DNA from: Azolla caroliniana
Taxonomy: Eukaryota; Plantae; Polypodiophyta
Assembly: GCA_043228905.1 (NCBI GenBank)
Contig: JBHGNT010000012.1
Coordinates: forward strand, 2,418,001 to 2,482,000
Reading direction: 5' to 3'
Length of the DNA stretch: 64,000 bases
The translations under genes were made by a program, and so were the position numbers. Under the pieces are notes generated by a model. It was given only the letters and a program-made list of their open reading frames with translations, had not been told where the DNA came from and did not search any database. Shown one piece after another: positions 1-12,999 of this stretch. Numbering within the stretch: position 1 is the first letter of the stretch; every line of letters begins with the position of its first letter.

Positions 1-1215
1 TTTTTGTCTCCCTGCAAATGGCATTCCTCTCCTCCTATGCCATTTCATGCAATGGCTCCTCTACGGGGATTGTCTTCTAATTTTTTTTTTAATGTCTCAT
101 AGGACCTTAATTTCCACATAATTTCGATTTCACACTTGCATCAAGATTGAAGTTACTGTCCCACCTTCTTACATATGACACAGAACTGTTGGGCTGACCT
201 GGGATATGTCAATCTGAAAATTCAAGGCTTATGTCAAACATCTGGATAAGAACCCACGTGATCTTTAACTTCAAATGATACAAGCTAAATGCACGCATAA
301 TGGAAATATGATTAAAACACACGACGAGGAACACTGAATTGGTCACATCTGCAAAATCACCACTTCCTATACATATACAGTAACTTGTGGCTACCCACTT
401 AGTATTCTCATTTACTAGACTACTTGGATTCACTTATTTAGGGCATGTTTCTTTGAATATACGTTACATTGGGTATCTACACAAAAGCTCTACCATTTGT
501 GCAAACATATCAACACTGAATCTATTCCACATTTTTTATGGTATTCTAAAGATATCAGGGATTTGTTGCATTTCTGCAAAAATGGACTTACTGTTTTAAA
601 TGTCGCTTTCCATTCCTCAAAGTTAAAAAAGTTCTTTTATATTTGTTACATGTAACACCATTTATGGGTCTAGATATGAGGCATTGATTCTTGATACTTC
701 TGATGTTAGATTGAACTCTGCACATCAAAGACAGTTTCAACAACTGCTCTTTGATTGTGGTAGGGTAAATGAGATTGCATCTGTGAGAAATATGTTTCCA
801 TGTATATTACCTTGAGCAGGCTGTTGGGGTGATCTATAATACTGACTGTTAATTGAAACGGGACACGTTTTAAGTAGCTCTCAATGTATACCCCTACATC
901 ATTGAAATGGTTTCTTGTAGATGTATAGCTGAATGTCACTATTACTGCACAGTGGGATGTGTACTGTTTTAGGATATAGGTGTTCATGTCAAAACATGGC
1001 ATTCTTTGGCTGTGTTTTATGAGCTGCTCGTAAGGTCTCTGTATGTTTAAAGGTGGTGAACCAGTTTGTGTTATGAAAATAAAAATGCTCGCAGGCGATG
1101 TTAGATTTTTCATATTTATGTGCATGCTATTCCTATTAGCTCAGTAAAGTCAACTCCTTCTGGAGAACTGCCTACACAACGACGTCTGTCATAATGTATA
1201 AAGTTCCTTCTGCAG

Positions 1216-4200
1216 GTTATGATCTGTGCTATAGCAGAAATTGAAAGTGATCGCCAACCTCTGGCCTATCGTTTTGAGCCCAAACTTAAGGAAGCAAGCA
1301 CTGGATTAATGCAAATGTTGCAGTCTACTGCTGAATGGCTTGCTAGGTAATGACATTGAAGTTAAAGAAAACCTGTGGTAGACATTTCCAAAATTTGAGA
1401 TCTCAAACCATGTTCATTGCAGGGACATGGGCTACAAACATTACACTGTTGATTGGTCATCATCAATGTTATATAGGCCATTTGTGAGTGTGTATTTTGC
1501 TGCGGCATTCTTGAAATGGCTTTCTACATATAAAAGAGAGTATGTATTCCAATCCTTTGGACACCAGACTCATTATGAAAACCAGAAATCATGTCAAATT
1601 AGTCTTATGAATTAATAGGTTCCAAAGATTTTCATTTTGTGAAAGATACCTGAAGTGATAAGTTAAACTTCCTATTCCTGAAACCACCATATATAATATT
1701 AACATCTGTGCCCTAGGGCTGATGGATCAGCTGGCTCTGTAGTCATAAGTTGTACCTGAGAGTGCTATTTGAGGTGGAAGTGATAGGAGGAATGATTTTA
1801 TGTAATGCTATCTGCAATCAGTACAAGTATGAGATGCATGTGTGTGGCTTTGTTTGGGCTGACTTTTTCCAAATGGCCAAATGCTCCTAAGCAGACCTCT
1901 CTGATTATGTAGTGATTGCAGGAGATTCCACCATCATAGACAAGGAAGAAGATCCTGTCTTTGGAGGATTGTGGATGATGCCTTGTACTAGGGATAGACA
2001 AATGAATAGGGGGATGCAAACTGGCCAATGCCAGGCTTGTGAAGCAAGGGAGTTTTTGAAATAAGTTAGCACTTGTTTTGGAAATTTCTTGTTGTAATAG
2101 AATTCCCTTTTTACTTTATATAATTCAATATTATTCTCTCTACTTCTTTCTCCATCCACATCCAGATCTGAGAAGTTTACTGATTCTTGCATATGTTCAA
2201 TACAAATGAGAATGCTCCCAGGAAGAGGCCGCCGAAAATGTAGTTATTGCAGAAGATTTGAATATTGTTGTGAAGGAAGAATATTTTACAGAGGCTGGTG
2301 GACCATGTCTTTCATACTTGGGATAGACAAATGAGAATGCTCCCAAAAAGAGGCCGCTGAAAATGTAGTTATTGGAGAAGCTTTGAATATTGTTGTGGAG
2401 GAAGAAGATTTTACAGAGGCTGGTGAACGATGTCTTTCATGCTTGGGATGGACAATTGAATAGGTGGGATACAAGCTGTCCCAAGTGAAGCTCAAACCCA
2501 GACCCAGTGACACCTGCATAACGGGCTTTTTCTTAAATTGGACTAGAGATGCTTAAGTATGTCATTAAAAGGAATATGTGGTATTTGACTAAGCCATATT
2601 ATTATGATTTTCCATATATCAGGCCTAGGAGTGAAGAATTTATGATTCGATCCTACAATGGTGGTCCAAAACAGGCAAACAGCAAATCGACTCAAAAATA
2701 CTGGAATAAATATCTGACTGCAAAGCAAAGTATACTTAGTCTCAGGTAACTATGGTCAAGTCAAGGCAGTAGCATACATTTATCCATTCTATATCAGTGA
2801 CATGGTGAAATTTGAGTCCCTCGCGTGAGGAAAACAACAGGTTAGAAATATAAACAATATGGGAAGCCAATTACATGACCATTTGTATGTTCTTACCACA
2901 CGTTTAGTATTAATTACATTTTTTATTCTAGGGTGCTTATTGATCAATTCTTACTTTTGTGCTTGTCCATTTGACGTGTCTTTTGTAACTTAATCAAAAT
3001 GTTTAGGAGATTTTGAGTTTTTTTTTGTTTCTTTATGCTACAGTTCAAGTTCACAAAATGAACCAGATGTAAAGCAGAATCCTTCATCAAAAGGTGGCAA
3101 CAAAGATAATGTTAAGGCTTCCTCAAGTAGGTGATGGGGAATCAAAGTTTGATGAGTGAAGCATGATACCATGTAGTTTGTCTAATGTCATGAAAAGAAG
3201 CTGTAGGTCTTAACTGTGATGCATGTTGGAATGAAAATGTTTTGCAATTTCATGGTTTTAGAGGTGGTTTTGATCTTTATATCTTTTTCCAGTATCGATA
3301 TCATTGTGTATTTTCCATCATTAAATCATATTTCTTGATCTCTGGTGCTCTATTTTCGTTCTTGATCTCTAATATAATGATATATTGTATGAATGCTGCA
3401 GGTAAAAAATGGATATACTGGGATGAGAAAGTGTCTGCTGCAGATATGGACAGATTGTGGATGCAGAATGAAGTCAAAGAGGAGTGGCTAAAGTCTGGAG
3501 AGAGTGTAGGAAAAGTGCGTTTTGCCCGTGATTCTGATTTGAGACCCTATTTGACACGCATAGAACTCAAGGTAAATATATCTCCAGAAATTTGCTTTTC
3601 AATATCTGTCTTTGTTTTGCCAATATGTCACATTACGTAGTAAAGTTATTCATGCAGGACAAGATTGTCCTAGTTGTAGTCTTTAAGGTGAATCCTTGAC
3701 AAAATTAAATTACGTCCTGAATTTAGTAGTTTGCAAGCAAGATTTGTATTGATTATTTGTAAACAAGACTGGAATTAACAATTCATGCTTGCCCATGAAC
3801 CTGAATAAAGTGGTTCATGAATTTGTAAATATACCATTTTTTTGGCAAGATAAATTGATCTTCACATCAAATGAAACTAAAATGAATAGTCATCCAACCA
3901 AAATGTCTTAGATTAGAAAATTCAAAGATGTTTCCCAAGGACCATTTTTGTTTTAGAAGTTCAACATCCAGGTTGGCCCAAGATAGAACATTCATATTTG
4001 GTCTCCCTTTTAGCACTTTGTTCAGCATGCAGTAAAAATTGTGCACCACTAGTTTTGACTTATATTTTTTAACAGCTGGTTCTGTCTGTTTTATTGACTC
4101 GTTCTAAAAATAGGCCCTCGTACCTCATTTTCATTGTGAAGTTTTATAGACATGAAGCCTTTCTAGCTTTTAGACGTCAAGCCATGTCTGATGTCATTAT

Positions 4201-6147
4201 ACAATAACTCAGTCAAGCTGCAGAATTTTAAGGTGCTGTAATTATAAACATTAAGCAAATGCTTTGATATTATATTTTTTTATTATATATTTTTTCTTGT
4301 AGGTTAGTTTTGTAAAGATATGTTACGGTATGATAGACTTTTAATATAAACAATTGATTTATTTACTTTGTGAAGGCTGTTGCAGATCTAACTCTGTCAC
4401 GTCATTTTAATGGTGGAAGGCTAAATGCGGTAAGTTCTTGTATATTTATTCTCCAGTCTTTCATAATATCCACTGTCTATGGCATATTTACATATACGTC
4501 CGTTTATGTTTCTTTTGGGCTATCTTGGCTGTGTACAAGAATTTTTGTTTCCTGGAATGGCTCTATTGATTTCTTTGCATTTCAAAATGTGGTATGCTAC
4601 CAAATAAGTTTGCCATTTGGTTCTTGTTTGTGAATGAGAATTCTAACTTGCACCTTGCCTTCTCATGCTCTCAAAAGATGAGCTGCATGAGAGGGGAAAA
4701 CTACTCGTCCGACAGTTCATTTTTTCTTTTCCTGTTGTTTAATGTTTAGTTTTGAATGTATTTAGTGGATGTTGGGATGTGATAAATAGTCAATTATTTT
4801 ATAGCTTAGATGTATGCTTGGGCATCAGAATCGGAATAGGAATGACATAGGTCTCTGTTGCTATTGAAATAATGATCACATATAAATATTTAGCTTGTTA
4901 ACTCTTCAACCCCATCATGGAAAACAACACAGCCTAGGTCTTATTTACACTTGCGAAAATCCCATGTATTGTAGCAAGCAAAAGTGTTCATAGCATCCAT
5001 GAATTCATGTTAAAATGATAAAATATCTTTTTAAATACCTCTATGCATGACTGATCATTATTAGAATGTATCATTTGAAAATGCTGAGGTTAGGTATGTT
5101 GTGTGAGAATGAACAATTCTCACTTTAATTCAAGCTCTTCTTGCACTTAGAAATTGTTAAAACTTATGCACAGGGAATGCTTTGCGCTGTGGCTGAAATT
5201 TGCAGTAAACGACTTCTATATGGGCAGGATTATCCAAATGGCATTTTGCATGTAGCTCTTCCAACAGCTCAATGGTTGCATGAGTAAGTTGCAATGCACT
5301 TTGGTTTCTTCATCCTGATAATTTTCAAATATTAGTTGATGCCAGTTAGAAAAAGATTATGTTGATAACAGCTGCTCTATACAATTATATATTATTATGT
5401 GCATAAGGTCAGGTAGCTAGATTAAGGACCTTCCTTCTCAGGCAATGCTTATGGTGTGGTTCTAGAACCTTTTTATTTTCTAACAAACACTTTTGGATAC
5501 AAAGCATATATTGTTCAGTGTATAGTGTACTTATGATGGTGAGTCTGTTCTAATATTTAAATAGCACCCTTGGATACAAAGCGTATGCTGTTCACTCTAT
5601 AGAGGATATGTCTAGACCATTCGTGTCAATGTATTTTGCAGCTGCTTATATGACTTGGTTATCAACGTTTGAGGGCAGGTAAGTGAGTTCCATTCTTATT
5701 TTAGTCTGCAAAATAAAATAAAATCAATGAAGCATATCTAACCAGCTTTTTGTTTTTCAATAGACAAAGGAATGATCAGTTCATTGTGAGGGCATATTTA
5801 GTTGGACCTCAACATGTAAATAGTGAGATGGCTGGACCTTGTTGGTTGAAATATTTAGAAGCTTTGACACACTATCAACAGCAAAGAGAGAGGTAAGGCA
5901 TTGCAAACTCCTCTATATGAGAGCATATGATATTTGTGTCCATCATGCATGATATAATTCTTAGAAAGATGTGTAGCTCTTCAGGTTCAAGTCATTAATT
6001 TGATGCCCATTCACTTTGTGAAATTTTCATCTTTTTTTCATAATTCTATTTCCTCAAATAGTTACAATTTGTCTCATTTTAAAGAGATGCCTATGAATTT
6101 GACATTCAACTCAAATGTTCAGGAAATCGTCTTGCAGTATAATGTAG
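1216..6147 (+). CDS. Transglycosylase SLT / lysozyme-like two-domain protein, 5' end outside the window. Exons 1216-1346, 1423-1539, 2623-2745, 3044-~3126, 3402-3571, 4376-4429, 5174-5283, 5565-5678, 5764-5892, 6123-6147
   Basis: GT-AG exons join in phase: VMICAIAEIESDRQPLAYRFEPKLKEASTGLMQMLQSTAEWLAR..RPFVSVYFAAAFLKWL..RSYNGGP (SLT motifs ES, GLMQ, YNGG). A second homologous unit follows (GMLCAVAEICS..GILH..RPFVSMYFAAAYMTWL..RAYLVGP), then terminal RKSSCSIM*. The donor of the 3044 exon is uncertain. Confidence 0.85.
1890..2460 (+). repeat. Intronic ~124-bp tandem duplication (2204-2327, 2328-2455) plus a diverged copy near 1905-2005; probable LINE endonuclease remnant
   Basis: caaatgagaatgctccca..gaggccgc.gaaaatgtagttattg.agaag occurs twice. 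The copies translate to VVIAGDST / VVIAEDLNI / VVIGEALNI, resembling the APE GDFN motif. Confidence 0.6.
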
Positions 6148-7732
6148 TAGATACAGTGTTGATAAATCAAGGGTGAATCATGGATAATGAATCCTAAGGG
6201 AATCAGACCGCAGAGTTGTCCAATCTTTTTGCCCTAATTTGGGCTGGATGATCATTAAAAGCTTGTAATCCTCAATTCATTGTAACTGCGAGGATAATAT
6301 TAATCAATTACTCGCACTTTCACACTAATCTAGAGTCTTGTAATTACATGTGAAGCATACCAACTTCAATATTGCTAATCAGAGATTTGAATATTCTTAT
6401 TATAGTCTATAGATATAGAGCTTGACATTTCTATGTATGCAGCCCACATTACTGTGGACTCACATCTTTAATTATCCTGATGAAGCTTTATTCCTCTGTA
6501 TTCCTCATCAAATTTATTCTTCATCAATGCGGGCTAAATGGTGTCAAATGTTCTTGGAAATCAATGTTGGCTTCTTTCCACTTTATGTTGGATGGGCTTA
6601 AACCCTAAAGCGCAAATCTTTCTTACTTGTGAGGCTAAATGCTGGAGACCTTGGATCTTTCAAACTGGAACTCTTGAATTGAACATCTTGACAACCACCC
6701 AACTAATCATGACATCAAATAATACAATTTAATGTGTTCATACTGCAAAGATGATAAAATCTCATTACGAAGAACATTGGCTTGGTTGCATCTGCAAAAT
6801 CAAGGCACCAAACTTGCGAAATGTTCATCATTATCATCAACTTGCTTTTCACATTTTTTTATTGCACTGCTGTTGGAACTGAATTTGGTTCCCTGCTACT
6901 TTCTGTGATTATGACTTAAAAAACACCTTGATTGCATTTTTTATGTGTATATTGGGGAGTACATAGTTAACCTCAGTCAATGTAGAGGTAGTCTGGGACG
7001 TTTAGGTGCACAATAGAATACAAAGCAACAATAGTCTAACATCAATGTTTGTCATAATCATCAAGTTATTTTAGAAGCATTGAGCCACACTGTAGGAGTA
7101 AAAATCAACTCAAAGCTTGAATCAGACCTCTTGAATGAGAAGAAGGAACTGTAGGACAGACCGCATTCTTTCCAGGTGAAAAAAGGTTAGGCCAAGGTAG
7201 GGGATTTGTAGACACACATAGGTCTGGATTGTTTCATAGGCTAGACATGTGAATGTTCATATAAACCAATATTCAGGTCAATATCAGAAAAGTATGCTGG
7301 CACATATAAATGACCAAGACATTATATGTGAGGAATGCCTTTTACTGAAGTATAAGAGAACATTTTCAGATACACCTACGCATGAAAGCCCAACAAAATT
7401 CTTGCCATGCTATTCTTGTGATAATAGTGTAGTGATGTGCATCATCTGCTTCATTGCAAGCGAAGAAACACCCAAATCGCAAAATCAATATCTTTATATT
7501 CAGCAATTTACTTTATGAACATTTTGCTTTCAAAGATATGGAGATGAGAACACCTCCAAAGTCATGCTTTGGGGCAACCCAAAAAAATTTATGAACATTA
7601 GATTACATGGAAGGCTTGAAACTCTCATGTTTGTTGCCTCGTTCACGTTAGATAGAATACAGATTAACAAGAGAATCCGGCTTCATGAATAACCACAATC
7701 CATCATCCCTATAATACATCAACATCTTGTTT

Positions 7733-10304
7733 TCATGTTCTTTTGTAGGAAAGTTTGGTTGACTGCATAAAAAGTAGAGCACAAAAAAAATTAGCCATTG
7801 AAGGTAAGTTTCTAATCTGTCAAAAAGTATTTCCTTTTCTTGAAACTACAAAGGTTCACTTTAATGACAAAACCACCTGTAAGTTAACACCAATGAAATA
7901 ACAAGCAGAAAAACACCAGAACACCCAAGATTTTCTTTTTATTTCTTCAATTAACCCTGAAGTTCTCCCAATATCATATATGGGAAGTAATCCATATTTA
8001 CCTTGATAAGCATGTATGTAGGAAGCCAAGCAGGAGACGTTGGAATTCCGGCCCAGCTTATCTGTAATCCATGAATGTTCCTCTTAACTTAACGTGTGGA
8101 CACCCAAAACCTATGCAAATTTTTTAATTAATAAAACACATTGACTATAATACACGCCAGAAATCATATAAGGGTCGTCACTGTTTATGAGAAACGGATA
8201 CGAATTTACCAAGCAGCCTGAAAAAATATCTGTCTAAATACTACTCTAGCTTTATCGAGTATTCTGAAAATAATATCTATCCAAATTTAACGAGTAATTG
8301 GAAAAAACATCCATCTAACTTTGGATTTAACTTTCACAAGGAATCGGAAAACAATATCTGTACAAATGTCTATAAAAACTCAAATTCCAGCTAGGACTAA
8401 TATCACCATAAAGCACAGACATATGGTGGCAAAATTATACAAGAACTTGTTTTCCGTGCTGACAATTAGAATGGTTTTAATTCTGAATGTCAGCGAGCAT
8501 ACGCAAAAAAAAATGAATATTACCAGTGCATATTCACCAGTTTCAAACACGCGAACATCCAAAATCTGTAAAAGAATTGTATGTCTTTAATGTCAAGGAC
8601 TTATCTCTCAAAGGTACGTGAAAATGAAATGATGATTATAGCAAATTAAAAAAAGATACCTCCCCTCGATCTTCATAAATATAATCAATACCCGTGTAAT
8701 AGACAGGGTGTCCTACTGCCAAGTACTGTACTTAGAAGAAAAAAAAAAACATCCAGTCAAGATCAAGTCCAAGTTATACACATTTATTTAAGTGATCACA
8801 CTCGTAATACCAGATGTTCCTTTTAATTTCACATTAAAAGAGTCTAACACCAAAAAATTCACACAGCAGATCTGTCATGCAATTTATGCGTGTGCACATG
8901 AGTGAACAATCTCCATGGTATATAATGCTTTTGAATGAATATAATTTACATGTCCATTGATACATTAGCAGAATGTTTGCCTACAGTAGGTAATTATACA
9001 TGCATATCCATGGGTACAGATATATGCATTGTTGTACAGAGAGATATACTATCCATTAATATTTACATTCATATGCAGGTAATGTATTTGTATAGACTAT
9101 GCATCATCAATGTACAATGAAATGTGCACAATCCATTCACATTCATGTGCTAGTATGCATTATCCTAGTCCCACCCAAAAACATTCATCTACAATAAAAA
9201 ATGCATTGACCTAGCCTATCTGTTCCCATTTATATTCATTCGCTACAATGCATTTTTACATGCCACCCATACACAAATCCAAATCTGCAATGCAATTTTG
9301 CAATACAAGCTTATATATCTAATATATCTACATTCGTGCATCTGCACAGGTTTAAAGGTCACCCTTAATGAATGATCATTACCATTTCATTCTTCTCCAT
9401 GTGACATCGAGAAGTTTAGATGAGGTACAGACATACAAGCATAAAACTTTAGCACTAGATACATCCCCATTCTTGAATGCTTAAATATCTTATATGATTA
9501 TGATATATGATATTCAAATCTTACAAGCTATTTGAATCAGTAGATAAATACTCATTCATGAACGTTCATATTTCATGAGAAAAAAACTCTCTTAAATTTG
9601 ACATGATATATATATATATATATATATATGCACTAGTTTATTCCATTACCTCAACACTGTTGAGGTACTTCTCCTTATCCACTCTGACTATTTCTCCTTT
9701 CTTCACTGCAGGGATTGGAACACTTCAGAATGCTTAAGCATTACAAAATAAAATTTCACATATTTAAAGCACCAAAATGCCCCGTCTTTCTGGATAATTT
9801 GCCAGAATATCCATCTATTGCAGTAGTAGTAGTTGTTGTTGTCGTTGTTTTCTTAATTTTTAATTAGGAAGGGTATCCTGCTAATTGTTATTTGAGAGCT
9901 CAATCTTTTAAACATTACAAGAGGATCACAGCTTCTCTTTTCTGTGCCAGATTAGGGTTTGGCAAGGATCAGAAGAACATACTTGTTAATACTTGTTTTT
10001 TCGGAGGAGGGGGAGGAGATGGAGTCGGAGTTGGAGTTGGAGCTGAAGCTGGAGATGGAGATTCAGCAGATGATGCACAGACATTCAAGCGATGGCGTGT
10101 GGTCTGTAACAAATGGGTTAAATGAAAGGAAGGTTAGGTCTAAATGGAAAGACTGACCCCCAAATTTCTGTGTTGATGAAAAGGGGGGGGGGGGGGGGGG
10201 GGCATACATACCTGGAGAGGAGAGGCGTGAAGGGTGGAAGAGGAGAGGAGAGGAGGGTGAGAGAGGAGGAGAGGAGTAGACGAGAGGAGGGATGAAATCG
10301 CCAT
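7733..10304 (-). CDS. ndhO: Chloroplast NDH complex subunit O. Exons 10304-10212, 10103-9983, 9705-9650, 8725-8660, 8565-8524, 8061-8002, 7762-7733
   Basis: Ser/Pro-rich transit peptide (MAISSLLSSTPLLL..) followed by MKKGEIVRVDKEKYLNSVEYLAVGHPVYYTGIDYIYEDRGEILDVRVFETGEYALISWAGIPTSPAWLPTYMLIKSTKLSYKRT*. All introns are GT-AG and in phase. Confidence 0.95.
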
Positions 10305-10394
10305 AGCCTCTCTTTCTTGTGATTTGTGATGCAGGTGCAGGTGCAGGTGCAGGGCAGCAGGGGAAGCACAGAGGAGAATTGATATGTATATGTT

Positions 10395-10800
10395 ACATGT
10401 ATGTATGTATGTATGTATGTATGTATGTATGTATGTATGTATGTATGTATGTATGTATGTCATGTAATGTAACATTGTAATGTATGTATGTATGTATGTA
10501 TGTATGTCATGTAATGTAACATTGTAATGTATGTATGTATGTCAGTCATGTCATGTCATGTCATGTATTTCATGCATACCTCTAGCCATACTTCCCATTC
10601 GTGACATACACATATGTACATGAATATTCGTATGGGAGCCTCAGAGGAGAATTTATATATGTATGTAATAATGTATGTATGTCATGTAATGTAACATTGT
10701 AATGTATGTATGTATGTCAGTCATGTCATGTCATGTATTTATGTATGTATGTATTTCATGCATAGGTTCTAGCCATACTTCCCATTCGTGCCATACTCTT
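10395..10800. repeat. (TATG)n microsatellite and duplicated blocks upstream of NdhO
   Basis: Long atgt arrays; the blocks gtcatgtaatgtaacattgtaatgtatg and tctagccatacttcccattcgtg are repeated. Confidence 0.9.
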
Positions 10801-11409
10801 ACATAAATATTCGTATTATTGAAATCCATTCGTCTATATTTATATTAATCGTTTTATTTATCATAGTATGAGCCATACGTGCATTCGCATTCGGAGAATG
10901 TTTCAATCATTCCAGATAGTAAATACCAATATTCATTATTTATTTATAAGGTAAGAAAGTGTAAAAAAAAAAACATAAGAATGTTTTGATGCCATACGCA
11001 TTCGTATGCATTTGTGTGCAACGAATGTTTGCCAATCCATTCAAGTATATTACGTAGTATGATTTCTTAGTAGACTGTTCACTTGTAAGTATGTACTCTC
11101 ATTCCTTAAGAAAATAAAAAAAGGAAATGAATATCGTGCATTATACGCGAATGTATACAAATGTTCGTATACGTATACCAGATTGAACGTATGCGAATAT
11201 TAGGAACTATGATTTCATGTAATGTATGTATGTGTCTATTTGCCACCAAATCATAAAGAGGTCGGGCGAGGGAATCAAGGCCATTGATGGTGCACGACGC
11301 ATGCATATATACACCATTAGATCTTTATCCAAAAAAAGTGTGTCATCATAAAATCTGATTTTTGGTAGCCTGAGTAGCTCGACCATTCAAATCACAATTA
11401 CCCGGCTTA

Positions 11410-12982
11410 AATCAATCAGATTCCACTATTCTGGAATCCTCATGTGCGAACGAATGACAACGCGATGCTAGGGCAACTTAAGGGCCTAGCATGGGGAAAG
11501 TTGGCACAAACAGGCCTCCTATCTATAGACGATTGGAGACGCATGGCTGATTCAGGAAGAGCCCAAGAGGACCTTTTCCCTCCCCTCAAGGGAGCTACGA
11601 AAATGCGGAGACTGATAGCTGAGGCAATTGATAGGGTTCCGATGGGGGAGGCGAGAGAACATGCATGGTTCGGTCTCTTTGACGAGGCTGGAATGGTCAA
11701 GTCGCTAAAGGGCATGAGCGGATCGGGGAGTGATACAGTTTTTGGGGACAGCCAGAGTAGCGGCTCTTGGCACCCAATCCGAGTGGTGGCACAGATTGAT
11801 AACATTTGGAAGACAGACCCGGATGTTGCTAAGGTGGAACCCCATTGGAGGCTAAGGGTATACGGTTGTCGCCCCCTTGTCGATCTGGATTGGGACCCCG
11901 GGGATTTCAGATGGAAACATGACGATAGACTCCACCACTTCTTCGATTACACCACTAAATTGGGTCGGACTTTGCAGCTGCAGCCAGGCGGCCCCCTTCG
12001 CAACGGCTGGCGAACATCGGGCATCCCCGATGAGGCGCTCACTGCCTTCTGGAAGGGTCTTTGGCGTCTCCACATGCCTGAAAAGATTAAGCTCTTTTGG
12101 TGGCAGATTGGTCATAATGTGGTGCCCGTTGGCGAATGGTTAGATAAACGTGGCGGCCCGTTAGGCTGCCCACTGTGCTCTCTACCTATTGAGTCTCTGA
12201 GACATTGTTTGTGGGATTGCCCTCAAGCTCAAAAGGTATGGGATAGAGTGACTCGCCTCCTTGTGGCATGTGAAGTTGAAGGAACAACCTCGTGGAGCAC
12301 TGCGGCATGGATTGATCACTCGGTCGAAGGGTGGACGAACGCCGTCAATGCGGATAGTTGGTGCTATGTATGCACGAGAGGCAAAATCGTCAAGATCCGT
12401 TTTGAAAGAGGCTTGCAGCCCGCATCCCCTAGGTTTCCGGAAATCTGGATGTTGATCGCAGGTTTCACCTTGTGGTATATATGGAAAGCGCGTTGCCTCA
12501 AGGTCTTCCAAGGTACGGTACGGCCCCCGAAGGAAATGATCATGAACATATGGTTCGCGCTTATCAGCTGCCTACGAGGGCAACTGGAAGAGGTTTGCAG
12601 CCACTCCAACGACGTGACCACTGCCCGTTTGCGCTTTTGGCAGAAATGGCGGAACACACCTATGGTGATGCAAGGCAGGAGTGGCCCGAGGTGGAACTAC
12701 CAGCCCCCACGTTGGTTGTTTCCTACTCACCTGCCACCCTCTCTTCGGTGTAGGCCCCAAGAGCCGACTCGTACTAGGCAACATTGAAGGGCATCGCCTT
12801 GGATACAGGTAGTTTCTTACATTAAGTTAGGCCGCAAGGCAATGTAAGTGGCTCATCTTCTTTGGCTTGATCGGAGGAAGTCTCCCCGGTGTGTGTATAA
12901 GTCTCCTTATAGACTCTATGTAATAATCCTTCCTAACTAATGGCAAAGTAGCTTTGCTTTGGAAAAAAAGAAGAAAAAAAAG
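11410..12982 (+). mobile_element. 5'-truncated L1-clade LINE (ORF2 C-terminus with zf-RVT), ORF 11444-12787
   Basis: PLFWNP upstream in frame; PEKIKLFWWQ..CPLCSLPIESLRHCLWDCPQAQKVW zinc-binding motif; LWYIWKARC; A-rich tail at 12963-12981; GC-rich relative to the flanks. Confidence 0.9.
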
Positions 12983-12999
12983 CCCGACTTGACTCGTTG

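Noticed and set aside
706-1125. 139-aa minus-strand ORF
   Set aside because: Antisense within an SLT intron, no recognisable motif.
10140-10475. HTYI-repeat ORF
   Set aside because: Microsatellite translation; only the MAISSLL..PLQ part is the true NdhO exon 1.
11400-12995. Possible TSD cccggcttaaatc / cccgacttgactc around the L1
   Set aside because: Three mismatches in 13 nt is too diverged for a young insertion; likely host repeat motifs.
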